From: an uncultured delta proteobacterium
Lineage (GTDB): Bacteria; Bdellovibrionota; FAC87; UBA2466
Assembly: GCA_963778115.1 (NCBI GenBank)
Contig: CAVZSV010000004.1
Location: forward strand, 1,728,001-1,792,000
DNA: 64,000 nt
Reading direction: 5' to 3'
The notes beneath the pieces were generated by a model that made no database searches, was not told the origin of the DNA, and saw only the letters and a program-made list of their open reading frames with translations. The position numbers and the translations under genes were made by a program. Below, one piece after another: positions 17,236 through 27,054 of the stretch; the stretch's first letter is position 1, and each line of letters opens with the position of its first letter.

Positions 17236-18342
17236 CTACTTAAGAGGAACTTTCAATAAAACTCGCGCTTCGTCCCAAACCAGATTAGGCCCTTCATCGG
17301 TGCCTACGGGAAAATCGTGGAGCAATTGCAAAAGCTTCTCAAGATCTTCTTTTCGCGCGTCCCCTTGGGGCTCTACTTCACACTCCCCATAACTAGTGAG
17401 ACGTACTTGAAAAGAAACCTCAAGAGGCTTTCTGAACTGGTCCAAGCGAGCCGCTTTCGTCGTCCGTTCTCCGTCGGGAAGGTAGATCCAGCCGTAAAGG
17501 TTTTCCCCCTCTTGCAGTAGATCTTTGGGTTCAATGGAGATCGTTTTGTCTGGTTGCCACAAAACAAGTTCACCTTGATCCAACGCAAGATTCCAAATTT
17601 CGCCGTCTTCGGTTTTGAGGGTAACGACCTTTCTAATCCCGTAGGTATAAAATAGATTTATTCGATTCCAGTCTTTGGCCTCTTCGAAATCCTTTTTAGT
17701 TAGCGTCCGTTCCGATGGGTGATCCTCGATTTTCCAACCTGCTTTTTCGAAAGCTTTTTCATAGAGCACGGCTCGCGCTTCGGCCTTTTCTACGACGTCA
17801 TTATAGAGAGGCGCTATGGTTTCCCAAGAGGAGCCGCGCCTTCGCGAGTTTAGTAACTCTTCGATGATCTCATCTGAGGCGCTTTCTAGATTTTGAATTT
17901 CAAGAAATAATTCCATGGAGACGCTGGAACGTAACTCTCGAAGAAGTTCATAACTGCCCTTCACTTCGGGATGGGAAATAAGGTTAAGAACCAAAGACCT
18001 CTGGATGGATCGTGGAGTCACTTCAAGGAATGGTTGTGTGTCGAGATAGCGCGATAGACTTTCGCGAACTTCCGCATTGGGGGGATCGCCTTCGTCGTTC
18101 ATGGCTTTTTTCACATCGCCAAGGGCGGAAATGCCTAAAGCGTCCAGTTCTCGATAGGCACGCCGACGGTTTATAAATTCGTCCGCATCGAGCCCTTTTA
18201 GGATTTTCTGAAAGCGGCTCTCTTTCTGACTTGCAACGATCTCTTGTGAGCAAGCCAAATTACAAAAGACAATGGAAAGAAAAACAGAACAGCCCCATAA
18301 AGATCCCCACAATGGCCCCCACAACGGTCCCACCCATTTCAT
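17236..18342 (-). CDS. exported hypothetical protein with an N-terminal HEAT-like helical motif
   Basis: Hydrophobic leader, then LKGLDADEFINRRRAYRELDALGISALGDVKKAM...NAEVRESLSRYL. Confidence 0.7.
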   Translation of the reverse strand: MKWVGPLWGPLWGSLWGCSVFLSIVFCNLACSQEIVASQKESRFQKILKGLDADEFINRRRAYRELDALGISALGDVKKAMNDEGDPPNAEVRESLSRYLDTQPFLEVTPRSIQRSLVLNLISHPEVKGSYELLRELRSSVSMELFLEIQNLESASDEIIEELLNSRRRGSSWETIAPLYNDVVEKAEARAVLYEKAFEKAGWKIEDHPSERTLTKKDFEEAKDWNRINLFYTYGIRKVVTLKTEDGEIWNLALDQGELVLWQPDKTISIEPKDLLQEGENLYGWIYLPDGERTTKAARLDQFRKPLEVSFQVRLTSYGECEVEPQGDARKEDLEKLLQLLHDFPVGTDEGPNLVWDEARVLLKVPLK

Positions 18343-18453
18343 TTTTCTTCCCCCCAACTCCTAATACGGTAATTGGTAAAGTAGAGCGGTGCGTTAGGCA
18401 AGTCTTTCTAATTAGGATTTCCGGTAGGCACATCCTCGTGCGAGGAGGTACGA

Positions 18454-18864
18454 TCAATCTAAAATTTCAAGACCAGGCCTGGGTTTTTCTCGCAGGGCCT
18501 GCAATCGGGATCGCAAGTCACCCGCGTGAATTTCTAGCTTATGTCCGTCAGGATCTAGAAAATACAGTGACGGCCCCTCACTTACGTTTTCTTTCCATAG
18601 AGGTACGGAAGCTTTTCGCAGTGACTTCGAAACGCTCTCGAAAGCGCCGGGAGAAACCGTAAAGGCAACATGCGTGTACTCAGGAAGTGCTTCCGATCGA
18701 GTTTTCTCATCTTCAATGAGACAGAACCAAAACTCTCCCACTTCAAAATAGGCACCCTTCTCCCAACGAGCGACGGGCCGAAATTTTAGAACCTCTCGAT
18801 AAAAGTAAAAAGAACGAGATAGATCGCGGACGGCAAAGGTCACATGATTAATTCCGGTAATCAT
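18454..18864 (-). CDS. FosA-like VOC family fosfomycin-resistance thiol transferase
   Basis: MITGINHVTFAV, YTHVAF, WKENVSEGPSLYFLDPDGHKLEIHAGDLRSRL. Confidence 0.85.
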   Translation of the reverse strand: MITGINHVTFAVRDLSRSFYFYREVLKFRPVARWEKGAYFEVGEFWFCLIEDEKTRSEALPEYTHVAFTVSPGAFESVSKSLRKASVPLWKENVSEGPSLYFLDPDGHKLEIHAGDLRSRLQALREKPRPGLEILD

Positions 18865-19607
18865 TTCGTCTCTCCTTTGACGGCCGTGATCAATCTGCGC
18901 CGGTGAGTCAGCGAGATTCCCTGAACTGTCCTATATTTTTGCTCTACCCGATCCAAAATGCCTGCATCGCGGACCGGATCAAAGCGCTGAATGAATTGCG
19001 TGATTTCGATGAGTAAGCACAAGCCCTCGCGCGAAAGATAAGCTTTCCACTCCCCTCTAACCATACTCACCGTGGGAAAGGTGGTTTCAAACAGATGGGT
19101 AAGCTGCTCTGAAGATCGCCCGCCATAGAAATTAACCCATCCCCGCTCCCCCTGTTTGTCGGAGCCGAATAAGGACTTAAGCTCCCACTTGTCCTCATTG
19201 TCGATTAGTTCTGCGATGACTACTCCCCCCGGTTTCAACACCCGGAAGGCTTCGGCGGGCTCAATCGGGGCTAACAAACATAAGACTAGGTCGAAACTCG
19301 AGTCGGCAAAAGCAATCGCTTCTGCCCCTGCGTTGAGGAGATCAAAATTGGAAACGCCAGAGGCTCTCACATTTTTTCTCGCTTTTTCCAACATCTCGGC
19401 GGACGGGTCGATTCCAATCATCCGCTCGACCTCCCTCGCCAGAGGCAGAGTCTTATAGGCCGTTCCACAGCCTATATCGAGAACACGGGAGGTTCGTTTT
19501 AAGTGCTTGCGGGCAAGGGAAATGGCATCCCAAGGTCTGGGATCTTCAATCCCCCTTATGAGGTCCGTTTCGTAACGCTCGTCGTAAGACATGGCCTTCC
19601 CTACCAT
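18861..19607 (-). CDS. class I SAM-dependent methyltransferase
   Basis: VLDIGCGTA, GIDPSAEML, FDLV, RVLKPGG; ATGA overlap with the next gene. Confidence 0.92.
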   Translation of the reverse strand: MVGKAMSYDERYETDLIRGIEDPRPWDAISLARKHLKRTSRVLDIGCGTAYKTLPLAREVERMIGIDPSAEMLEKARKNVRASGVSNFDLLNAGAEAIAFADSSFDLVLCLLAPIEPAEAFRVLKPGGVVIAELIDNEDKWELKSLFGSDKQGERGWVNFYGGRSSEQLTHLFETTFPTVSMVRGEWKAYLSREGLCLLIEITQFIQRFDPVRDAGILDRVEQKYRTVQGISLTHRRRLITAVKGETK

Positions 19608-19686
19608 AGGGGAGATGCCGCCTATTGCAATAAGTAACCTACGATCTTATATAAACAGTTCGATTTAACTCCTGGGGAGACCTCGC

Positions 19687-21051
19687 ATGATCGAAGATTT
19701 TCGTTATTATTGGTCGGGACTAAAGGCGAATTTGAGGCCCCGTTTCACGACACCTTCCGCTAAGAACACGACCTGCACAATTCAGATCGATTCGCCCGCC
19801 CACGAAAAACTCTCGGGATTGGTTAATGTAAGAGGTTGGGCTTTTTCAGGGCTGAGCCATTTCCCAGAAGGAAAACTTGTCGTTTCCCTGGACGAAGGGA
19901 ATTCGCTTGAAGTCGTAAACCGCTTTCCTTTTGCGATTCCCACCTTAGAGGCGACACAAACCCTTAAGAGCGGATATAAGTTTGTTTTAAATACTCATCT
20001 TCTTTCCAACGGAACCCATACCCTCAAACTGAATTTGCTCTCGAGAGAGGGAAAGCAAGTCGTAGCGATCGAACACGAACTTCTCATAGAAAACGCGGGG
20101 GATTTGGCCAATCAGGTGGCAAATGAACTTAAGCTCCACGGATCGCCAGTACTATTTTTGGAAACGGTGGACTCTTCTCATTTTCCGGTGGAAAGCGGAG
20201 GAAAACTCCGCCCCTGGTTTGACCGACCCGATGCTTTGGAACGAATCCCTTCGATCTTAACCAAACACGGGTTATCTACCGACTATCAGCAACGTCTAAA
20301 GCAGTTTGTCGATGAGGGCTATCTCGTCATTGATAATTTCGTCCCGAAAAATCTCGTCGACACCATCAATCGGGACGTAGAAAAAGCGATCACCTCGGGC
20401 GAAGTCGCCTATCGACCGGGTTCCGGGGAACGGATCGAGCTCATGTTTCGAAGAAGTGTTGAGGTTCGCCAATTGTGGAAACATCCCCAGGTCATGAAGC
20501 TTTTGAATGCTATTTTCGATGATGTGGCTTTGCCCTGTCAGACGCTTAACTATCTGCACGGCAGTACCCAAGATGCCCATCAGGATACGATCCATCTGAC
20601 ACCCTTTCCGGAAGGCTATATGTGCGGGGTGTGGGTAGCTTTGGAAGATATCCACCCCGACGCGGGTCCCTTGTTTGTTTACCCAAAAAGCCACCGTATC
20701 CCGACGCTTTATTCTAAAACGGTCGGAATGAAAAAAATCACGACCGACTGGAGTGAGTACGCGGAAAAGTATCTTCCTCAGCTGAAGCAAAGGCTTGAAG
20801 AACGAGGACTTACTCCCTTTTATTACACCCCTAAAGCAGGAAGCCTTCTGGTATGGCACTCCAACCTGGCGCATGGCGGATCCGAGCGTAAGAATCCAGC
20901 GCTGTCTCGCAAGTCCATCGTCAGCCACTATTTTGCCCGAGGGGGAATTGCCTACTACGACACCACAGGCAACTCGGCACACCTCGACTACAACGCTAGG
21001 CTTCCCCTGCACTCCCGAATAGGCTTAGGGAGGCGAATTTCCCTGCATTAA
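19687..21051 (+). CDS. phytanoyl-CoA dioxygenase (PhyH) family protein with an N-terminal Ig-like domain
   Basis: AHQDTIH, GVWVALEDI, GPLFVYPKSH, WHSNLAHGG, RKSIVSHY; N-terminal IDSPA...VRGWAF...LSNGTHTL. Confidence 0.88.
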   Translation: MIEDFRYYWSGLKANLRPRFTTPSAKNTTCTIQIDSPAHEKLSGLVNVRGWAFSGLSHFPEGKLVVSLDEGNSLEVVNRFPFAIPTLEATQTLKSGYKFVLNTHLLSNGTHTLKLNLLSREGKQVVAIEHELLIENAGDLANQVANELKLHGSPVLFLETVDSSHFPVESGGKLRPWFDRPDALERIPSILTKHGLSTDYQQRLKQFVDEGYLVIDNFVPKNLVDTINRDVEKAITSGEVAYRPGSGERIELMFRRSVEVRQLWKHPQVMKLLNAIFDDVALPCQTLNYLHGSTQDAHQDTIHLTPFPEGYMCGVWVALEDIHPDAGPLFVYPKSHRIPTLYSKTVGMKKITTDWSEYAEKYLPQLKQRLEERGLTPFYYTPKAGSLLVWHSNLAHGGSERKNPALSRKSIVSHYFARGGIAYYDTTGNSAHLDYNARLPLHSRIGLGRRISLH

Positions 21052-21123
21052 TCTCTTCTTGATCGTTTTCTGTTTCCATGCGACTTAACCCCTTGTCGAC
21101 TGTAAGACCGGCCAAGACCCAAA

Positions 21124-22326
21124 ATGGTTAGCGCCCAAAAATGGAAAGAGAGAAGTCCCATGCTGAGACCCGTGCTGAACCCGCTGCTGAGAATGTCGCC
21201 GAAAAGAGCTGTATTGTTGGCCCTTTGCGTGGCCTTTGTGATGGTTTCCGGTTGTGCTAATCAAATTAACTCCCTGGGCGGCACAGTGCAGGGGTTATCG
21301 GGAACTCTCGTTTTGCAGAATAATGGCGGGGATACCATTACCATTACCTCAAATGGGAGCTTTACCTTTCCTACGAAGTTAGATGAAGGGGACGGTTTTA
21401 CCGTAACCGTATTGCAACAGCCCGTCGGACAGTATTGCGCCGTCGACGGTGGTACCGGACTGTCCTATTACCCAATCAATTCTATTGTGGTGACCTGCAC
21501 CAACGGTTACACGGTGGGGGGTACCGTAACCGGTCTTACGGGGACGGTGTACTTGAATGACAGTGCAACCATTCCCGTAGATGGGCTTAGTGTCACTGCG
21601 ACTGGATCTCCTGTCTCCTTTGTCTTCAGGACTCAAGTACTCCAAGGAAGCAACTATTCCGTGACGGTAACTACTCAACCGACAGGACAAAACTGTTCGG
21701 TCGCCACCACCGGCATTGGCACCATGGGATCGGTAAGCGTGACGAATGTTGCCGTCACCTGTAGCAGCACCACGATAAAACAGCTCTTCGTCCTTCCCAC
21801 GGGAGTCGCGGGAAATTTAGGTGGAATCACAGGGGCCGATGCTCTTTGTCAGGCCAATATCCCTAGTGCATCGACACCCCAAATCACTACTGCCAAAGCG
21901 CTCATCGTCGATGGAACGAGTCGAATCGCCTGCGTGACTGGCAATGGAGCTGCCATCGGAGCTTCTACTCCACCTTCTTGCACCAGTGGATCGGCCGGCC
22001 AGGTGGGATGGGTTCTTGCTCCCTCGACCACATACATCCAATACAATGGCAGTATCGTTAGCACTACCGACACCAATGGATTTTTCTCCTTTCCGCTCGC
22101 TAATCTCGTAGTGCCAACGGCGACTACACCCACGATTTGGACGGGAATGAATGCCGATTGGAGTACTGATACGGGCAATACCTGTAGCTCTTGGAGTGAC
22201 TCCACTTCGGCAAGCAATGGCGCGTTTGGATACATCACCGGTGCTCTGGGGCTGAATCAAGGATTGCTTAATTCGGGGCCGACCCCCTGCACTTCGTTGG
22301 AACCTCTCGTGTGCGTGCAACAATAG
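21124..22326 (+). CDS. lipoprotein with two beta-sandwich repeats and a DUF1554-like C-terminal domain
   Basis: Lipobox VSGC; two GGTVxGL...YxVTVxxQPxGQxC-type repeats; GNLGGITGADALCQ, IWTGM, LVCVQQ; start uncertain. Confidence 0.8.
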   Translation: MVSAQKWKERSPMLRPVLNPLLRMSPKRAVLLALCVAFVMVSGCANQINSLGGTVQGLSGTLVLQNNGGDTITITSNGSFTFPTKLDEGDGFTVTVLQQPVGQYCAVDGGTGLSYYPINSIVVTCTNGYTVGGTVTGLTGTVYLNDSATIPVDGLSVTATGSPVSFVFRTQVLQGSNYSVTVTTQPTGQNCSVATTGIGTMGSVSVTNVAVTCSSTTIKQLFVLPTGVAGNLGGITGADALCQANIPSASTPQITTAKALIVDGTSRIACVTGNGAAIGASTPPSCTSGSAGQVGWVLAPSTTYIQYNGSIVSTTDTNGFFSFPLANLVVPTATTPTIWTGMNADWSTDTGNTCSSWSDSTSASNGAFGYITGALGLNQGLLNSGPTPCTSLEPLVCVQQ

Positions 22327-22332
22327 AAAAGA

Positions 22333-23154
22333 TCAAAACCAGGGAAATAGATCGAACGTAAGCTGGTAGGTACTTTCCTTCTGGCTAGTCACCGCAATCT
22401 TTTCTACCTGTTTAATAAAAGTCTCAAATGCCAGTCGAACCTGCTCCAGCGCCTTGCTATCAGCGGAAAAGGTAGCCATAAAGCTCACCTTTTGCGTCTC
22501 CTCTAGTTCAATCAGCCGACTACTACTCATGGTTTTAAGCATCATTTGATGGCTTCGCATTAGGGGGTGATCTTTGGAATAGTGAATGTGCCCCTGATTT
22601 ACTTTCTGAACCTCTCCTGTCTCGGAGAGTTCGATGAGATTGAGTTGGTTTAACTTGTGTAAGACGGCTTGCAGCCTTTTCGGCGTGATTCTCAAGGGCC
22701 CACAGAGTCTTCTCGGATTTTTTGCTATTTCCGGAATATCGAGCGAGACATGAACGACAACCGAAGTGGCGTCCAAAAGGTAGTCGATCTCGTCCGAGAG
22801 TTGCGCTCGGTCAAAATCTTGAATCGAAGCGTTTAGCGTACGGACTCTTGAAATTCGTGAAATCTTACCTTCTAAGAAATTTTTTCTCGTGGGGCTACTC
22901 GAAGTAGCTAACTGGCGAAGCAGGCTTAGGTATTCCGTTTCGTCCGGCATGAACTCCAGCAACCGGCAGATCGCAAAGAGGTGATCTTCGTTGAGATGAG
23001 TTTTGTCGTCGTTCAATGCCCGCGAAAGGTAGGTGTACTGAAGCGGAATACGTCTTGCGATGGTTTTTAAATTAAGCTGTCGGTCGGAGTGGCGAAATTC
23101 TTTCAGCCTCGCGCGCAGGATACGTTTGTAGTCTGTCTCCGCAAACAACTCCAT
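22333..23154 (-). CDS. TIGR02147 / DUF4423 family protein
   Basis: DYKRILRARL, HTH-like YTYLSRALN, HQMML, C-terminal YQLTFDLFPW. Confidence 0.8.
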   Translation of the reverse strand: MELFAETDYKRILRARLKEFRHSDRQLNLKTIARRIPLQYTYLSRALNDDKTHLNEDHLFAICRLLEFMPDETEYLSLLRQLATSSSPTRKNFLEGKISRISRVRTLNASIQDFDRAQLSDEIDYLLDATSVVVHVSLDIPEIAKNPRRLCGPLRITPKRLQAVLHKLNQLNLIELSETGEVQKVNQGHIHYSKDHPLMRSHQMMLKTMSSSRLIELEETQKVSFMATFSADSKALEQVRLAFETFIKQVEKIAVTSQKESTYQLTFDLFPWF

Positions 23155-23296
23155 ATCGCCCCCAGTCAGAATATTATCCTGTTTGAGCAACTTTTTTTCA
23201 ACAATTACGGATCGAGTTTATGGAAGAAAAACAACTTTCGCTCGAAGATTAAGACAGTGGTGAAAAACAAACTCTCAATCTACGGAGAAATTCAAA

Positions 23297-23809
23297 ATGA
23301 AAAAGCTAAACATTCTAATGGCAATCGCTTGTCTATATCCGGTGTCCGGGTTCTGCTTTCCGGTCATTCAAAACGTTCTCAAGCAGATGAAGTTGACGCC
23401 TCACGTTAGCAAAGATGCCACCTGCACTAACTTCACGGGAACGTGGAAAGGCTCCTGCTCGGGCGGTGACGGATCGCATCAGGATGCTACGACCACGATC
23501 ACCCAGCAAGGTTGTGCTTTCCTCGTTGCGGATGATCAGTTGATCCCGCTCGGCGGTTTTATGGCGTCTAGCGGCGTGTCTCCCGTCGATGATACCCATG
23601 CTTTAGCGGGAAATCTTTCGACGACAGCCGGATGGAACGCCAATAAAAGTGCGGTTCAAATGAACTACTCAGGTTCGGCTCAATTTGTCGGGCAAGAGGA
23701 GCTCGTTCAGATCACGGGAAATACGTTGCTTCACATCGAAGGGTCTCAACTGCTACTCGATGGATCGGTCGCTGGGATTCAAATCAGCTGCGCCTATGAC
23801 AAACAATAA
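23297..23809 (+). CDS. secreted beta-rich hypothetical protein
   Basis: GGAG RBS, signal peptide, CTNFTGTWKGSC. Confidence 0.8.
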   Translation: MKKLNILMAIACLYPVSGFCFPVIQNVLKQMKLTPHVSKDATCTNFTGTWKGSCSGGDGSHQDATTTITQQGCAFLVADDQLIPLGGFMASSGVSPVDDTHALAGNLSTTAGWNANKSAVQMNYSGSAQFVGQEELVQITGNTLLHIEGSQLLLDGSVAGIQISCAYDKQ

Positions 23810-23849
23810 AACCGTGACGATCTCGGACCCTAACTCTATAATTTCCCCT

Positions 23850-23880
23850 GAGACGGCTTCCTTGCGGAAGCCGTCTCTTT
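23850..23880 (+). terminator. intrinsic terminator
   Basis: GAGACGGCTTCC-TTGC-GGAAGCCGTCTC-TTT. Confidence 0.75.
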
Positions 23881-23932
23881 CATTAATTGCTCAAACATAA
23901 ATAGATTCAAATTCAACGCGGAGCCAACATCC

Positions 23933-25204
23933 ATGCCGTCATCCTGCCGTTGCAGAACCGGTTTTCTACTCTTCCTCGTAGTAGTGCTCTTGAGCAATAT
24001 TTCCTGCCAAGAGACCTCGAGTAGCAAAGACCCGATTAGCCAGATTCCTCAAGGATGGGTCTCCTCGGGAGGAGAGATCTTCGCCGATCGCACCAATCCT
24101 TGGTTTCTGCAAAATGTACCCAACGTCAATTATTGCGTGGTTGTAGATCAGCAGACCGTTTCGTTACCGGCGGCTCGCGTACATGAATTGATTCATCTCT
24201 CCTTCGCCTTTTGGAAAAAAGAATTTAAAAGTTTCTTGGTCAACTCGGGAAAAAGAGTGATCAATCCGCCAGAAGTTGCGATTCAGAACTTTGAAGAAGT
24301 TCCTTGCACGGGCACTGAAGATCTTAAGTTTCAGTTCGGTTATGGCACTTTGTCCTCCGATCAAGCATCGTATTTAGAGCACCAAGACGAGTATGTGGGG
24401 ATTGCGGTTCGCACCTCTTACGACAGAGTAAATCTACGAGGAAAAGGATTTGTCTATATCGCTTCCGATAAAGGTCCCCACCGCACGCCGCAAGGGCCGG
24501 CTTATATTGAAGCTCCCTGGGCCTATGATGGCTTACTTTTTCGCGTGCTCACTCACGAACTCGGCCACGTCTTTGGCCTTCCTCATATCGGTCAAGGGCT
24601 GATGTCGGCGACTTTCCCCAACTACATCTTAAAGACAGGCGTCTATATGAACTACACGAGTGTAGATTCGATGGGCCCTTTCTTTCTTCCTCAGGACACC
24701 TACTCAAACTGCACACTTTCTAAAGACGCCGCCCCTGATGCCGTCACTTGGTTCGGTTTAGCCGATACCGATAAGTGCATTCATATTGAAAAAATTAAAG
24801 GGAAAGATGACGGAGACATCGAGGGGTACACTTTTAGTTCAAGTGCTGCCTACGACGGAACTCGAACCTTAAAGGGGACCGCCATTTGGGATAATAAAAC
24901 CAACCCCGACATTGAAATCACCCTGGCCGGGCAACTCTACTTGGGGCCTGAACAAAGAGTTTTTACGGATCCAGACTCCCCTGGATCTACCGGCATTCAG
25001 TACATTCCGACGTCCGTTTTTCTAAGCACTACGTGGCCCCTCAAATACGTCGACACCAGCAATGTGGCGCGAGCGATGCGGCTCCGGCTGGAGCCCAACG
25101 CGTACCAAATCCTTGTGATTAATAATGAAATGATCACAAGCCTTCTCAGTTACAGTCTTAATTGCGCGAACCTTAGTTTACTCAGTGTTTGCATGGACCA
25201 GTGA
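23933..25204 (+). CDS. metzincin zinc metalloprotease, probable lipoprotein
   Basis: HELGHVFGLPH and Met-turn GLMSA; lipobox-like NISC. Confidence 0.85.
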   Translation: MPSSCRCRTGFLLFLVVVLLSNISCQETSSSKDPISQIPQGWVSSGGEIFADRTNPWFLQNVPNVNYCVVVDQQTVSLPAARVHELIHLSFAFWKKEFKSFLVNSGKRVINPPEVAIQNFEEVPCTGTEDLKFQFGYGTLSSDQASYLEHQDEYVGIAVRTSYDRVNLRGKGFVYIASDKGPHRTPQGPAYIEAPWAYDGLLFRVLTHELGHVFGLPHIGQGLMSATFPNYILKTGVYMNYTSVDSMGPFFLPQDTYSNCTLSKDAAPDAVTWFGLADTDKCIHIEKIKGKDDGDIEGYTFSSSAAYDGTRTLKGTAIWDNKTNPDIEITLAGQLYLGPEQRVFTDPDSPGSTGIQYIPTSVFLSTTWPLKYVDTSNVARAMRLRLEPNAYQILVINNEMITSLLSYSLNCANLSLLSVCMDQ

Positions 25205-25254
25205 GTCGTTAGAAAAAATGCAGTCAGGTTCGACCTGGAGTATAGTCCTGCGGG

Positions 25255-26331
25255 ATGTTTAAGAGCCTTCAGTTTTTTGCAGGTCGCAAAGCTCAAGAGA
25301 TCCTCTCGCGCGATGGGCTTAAACAAGAACAGATTGAAATTATTGCTGGCGCCGCCGGTGGTCCTAAATGGCTCGTCTTAAGCCAAATCGATAGGGCACT
25401 GTTCGGCTCTTGGCTAACTCCAAGAAAGAGGCCGCTTTATCTTTTGGGATCTTCCATCGGATCGTGGCGATTTGCGGCGGCGGTACAACCCGATCCCATT
25501 AAAGCCATCGAACAATTCGAGAGGTCCTATTCTTCTCAACGTTATGCTAATAAGCCTTCGCCGGAGCAGGTTACCCAAGAGAGCATGCGCGTTCTGGATG
25601 GTTTTATTAGCGACGAGGCCACTCAAAAAATCCTAACCCATCCGTACTTCCGTCTTAATATCATTGCCGTAAAGTGTAAGAATTTTCTTCGTAGCGAGCG
25701 GTTGCCGCTGCTCTGGACTGGCCTATTTTCAGCCGTAGCTGCTAATACGATTCACCGTAATCTCTTAAATGGATTTATGGAACGAACGGTATTTACCGAT
25801 TCCAGAGACCTTCCGCCTTTTCTCCAGAGTGATCGTTACAATGCCACGGCCGTCGGTCTCAAAGCCAATTGGCTAAAACGGGCGCTGATGGCGTCGGGTT
25901 CTATTCCGATGGTGATGGCAGGGGTTTACGATTTGCCTGGCTTTCAGGGCTCCTGTTTTCGAGATGGGGGCCTTCTCGACTACCACATGGATATCCCCTA
26001 TTGCGTTGCTGACAACAGATTGGTTCTTTTTCCTCATTTCAGTTCCCGTATTATTCCGGGCTGGCTGGATAAGTACCTTTCTTGGAGACGCCCCAATCAG
26101 GAGAATCTGGATAACGTCTTAATGGTTTGCCCGTCACCTGAGTTTATCGCCACACTCCCCGGAAAAAAGATTCCCGATCGAAATGACTTTTATGAGTTTA
26201 TGAATCGCGACGATGCTCGAGAAGTCCAGTGGCGAAAGATAATCTGCGAATGCCGCCGCTTGCACGACGAACTTCTGGATGTTCTGACGAAGGACAGGAT
26301 CAACGAAGTCGTTCAAGCGATCCCCATCTAA
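25255..26331 (+). CDS. patatin-like phospholipase family protein
   Basis: GAAGGPKW, GSSIG, ASGSIP, DGG. Confidence 0.88.
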   Translation: MFKSLQFFAGRKAQEILSRDGLKQEQIEIIAGAAGGPKWLVLSQIDRALFGSWLTPRKRPLYLLGSSIGSWRFAAAVQPDPIKAIEQFERSYSSQRYANKPSPEQVTQESMRVLDGFISDEATQKILTHPYFRLNIIAVKCKNFLRSERLPLLWTGLFSAVAANTIHRNLLNGFMERTVFTDSRDLPPFLQSDRYNATAVGLKANWLKRALMASGSIPMVMAGVYDLPGFQGSCFRDGGLLDYHMDIPYCVADNRLVLFPHFSSRIIPGWLDKYLSWRRPNQENLDNVLMVCPSPEFIATLPGKKIPDRNDFYEFMNRDDAREVQWRKIICECRRLHDELLDVLTKDRINEVVQAIPI

Positions 26332-26424
26332 CCCGTCTTTTTCCTAATTTGACATCCGCCCGACACGGGCGCTATGCGTCACTGCAGAGTGAAAACTGAC
26401 TAATACCAAGAGGAGACTGTACTT

Positions 26425-26973
26425 ATGCGAAGTTTATTCACGTTCACCGCTCTGGCTATGGCGTTAGCGGCCTATGGAGCCAGCGCCGCTTCCCCCAAAA
26501 ACGGCGAGTCCTATTCTCTCGAATGCCGACACGAAGCCACCAAACGCCATCCGTTTTTGTTTCGTCTGGCTGCTACTTATGCAGTGGCCAAAGACGGCAC
26601 TGCCCAATTGTCTGATGTGCGGGGAGTATTACTCGACGATTCCGATCTCAGCTTTATCGTTACTTATGATACCGGCCCAAAAGCGAAGTGGGATAACGAC
26701 GTTACCTACAAGGCCAAGAAAAAAAAATGGGCCGACCATCTCCGCTTTTTCTTAAAGCCCGTAGAGGACAAGTACAGTGGCAATGATGCCGAACTTATCA
26801 TCGATGCAGAGCCTAGCGATATTGAAGAAGAGAAATGGGACAACCACGTCAATACCGGAACAAACTTCCATTCGACCTTTCACGCGGGTCTCGAATACCA
26901 CTTTAGCGATCAAGATGGAAATCGCGACGAGATCACTTGTGCCGGACTGCAAGTCGAAGTGGATAGAAAATAG
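26425..26973 (+). CDS. secreted hypothetical protein
   Basis: GAGGAG RBS, signal peptide ending ASA, two cysteines near the ends of the mature chain. Confidence 0.8.
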   Translation: MRSLFTFTALAMALAAYGASAASPKNGESYSLECRHEATKRHPFLFRLAATYAVAKDGTAQLSDVRGVLLDDSDLSFIVTYDTGPKAKWDNDVTYKAKKKKWADHLRFFLKPVEDKYSGNDAELIIDAEPSDIEEEKWDNHVNTGTNFHSTFHAGLEYHFSDQDGNRDEITCAGLQVEVDRK

Positions 26974-26982
26974 TCCCTCCTT

Positions 26983-27023
26983 AGAGCGCCTATTTACTTT
27001 CAGAAAGTAGATAGGCGCTTTTT
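26983..27023 (+). terminator. intrinsic terminator
   Basis: AGCGCCTATTTACTTT / AAAGTAGATAGGCGCT stem followed by TTTT. Confidence 0.8.
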
Positions 27024-27054
27024 ATTTGTCTTTGCCCGAGATAGTCTCTAGCCA

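Noticed and set aside
20296..21012. 238-aa minus-strand ORF
   Set aside because: Fully antisense to the PhyH gene and without motifs
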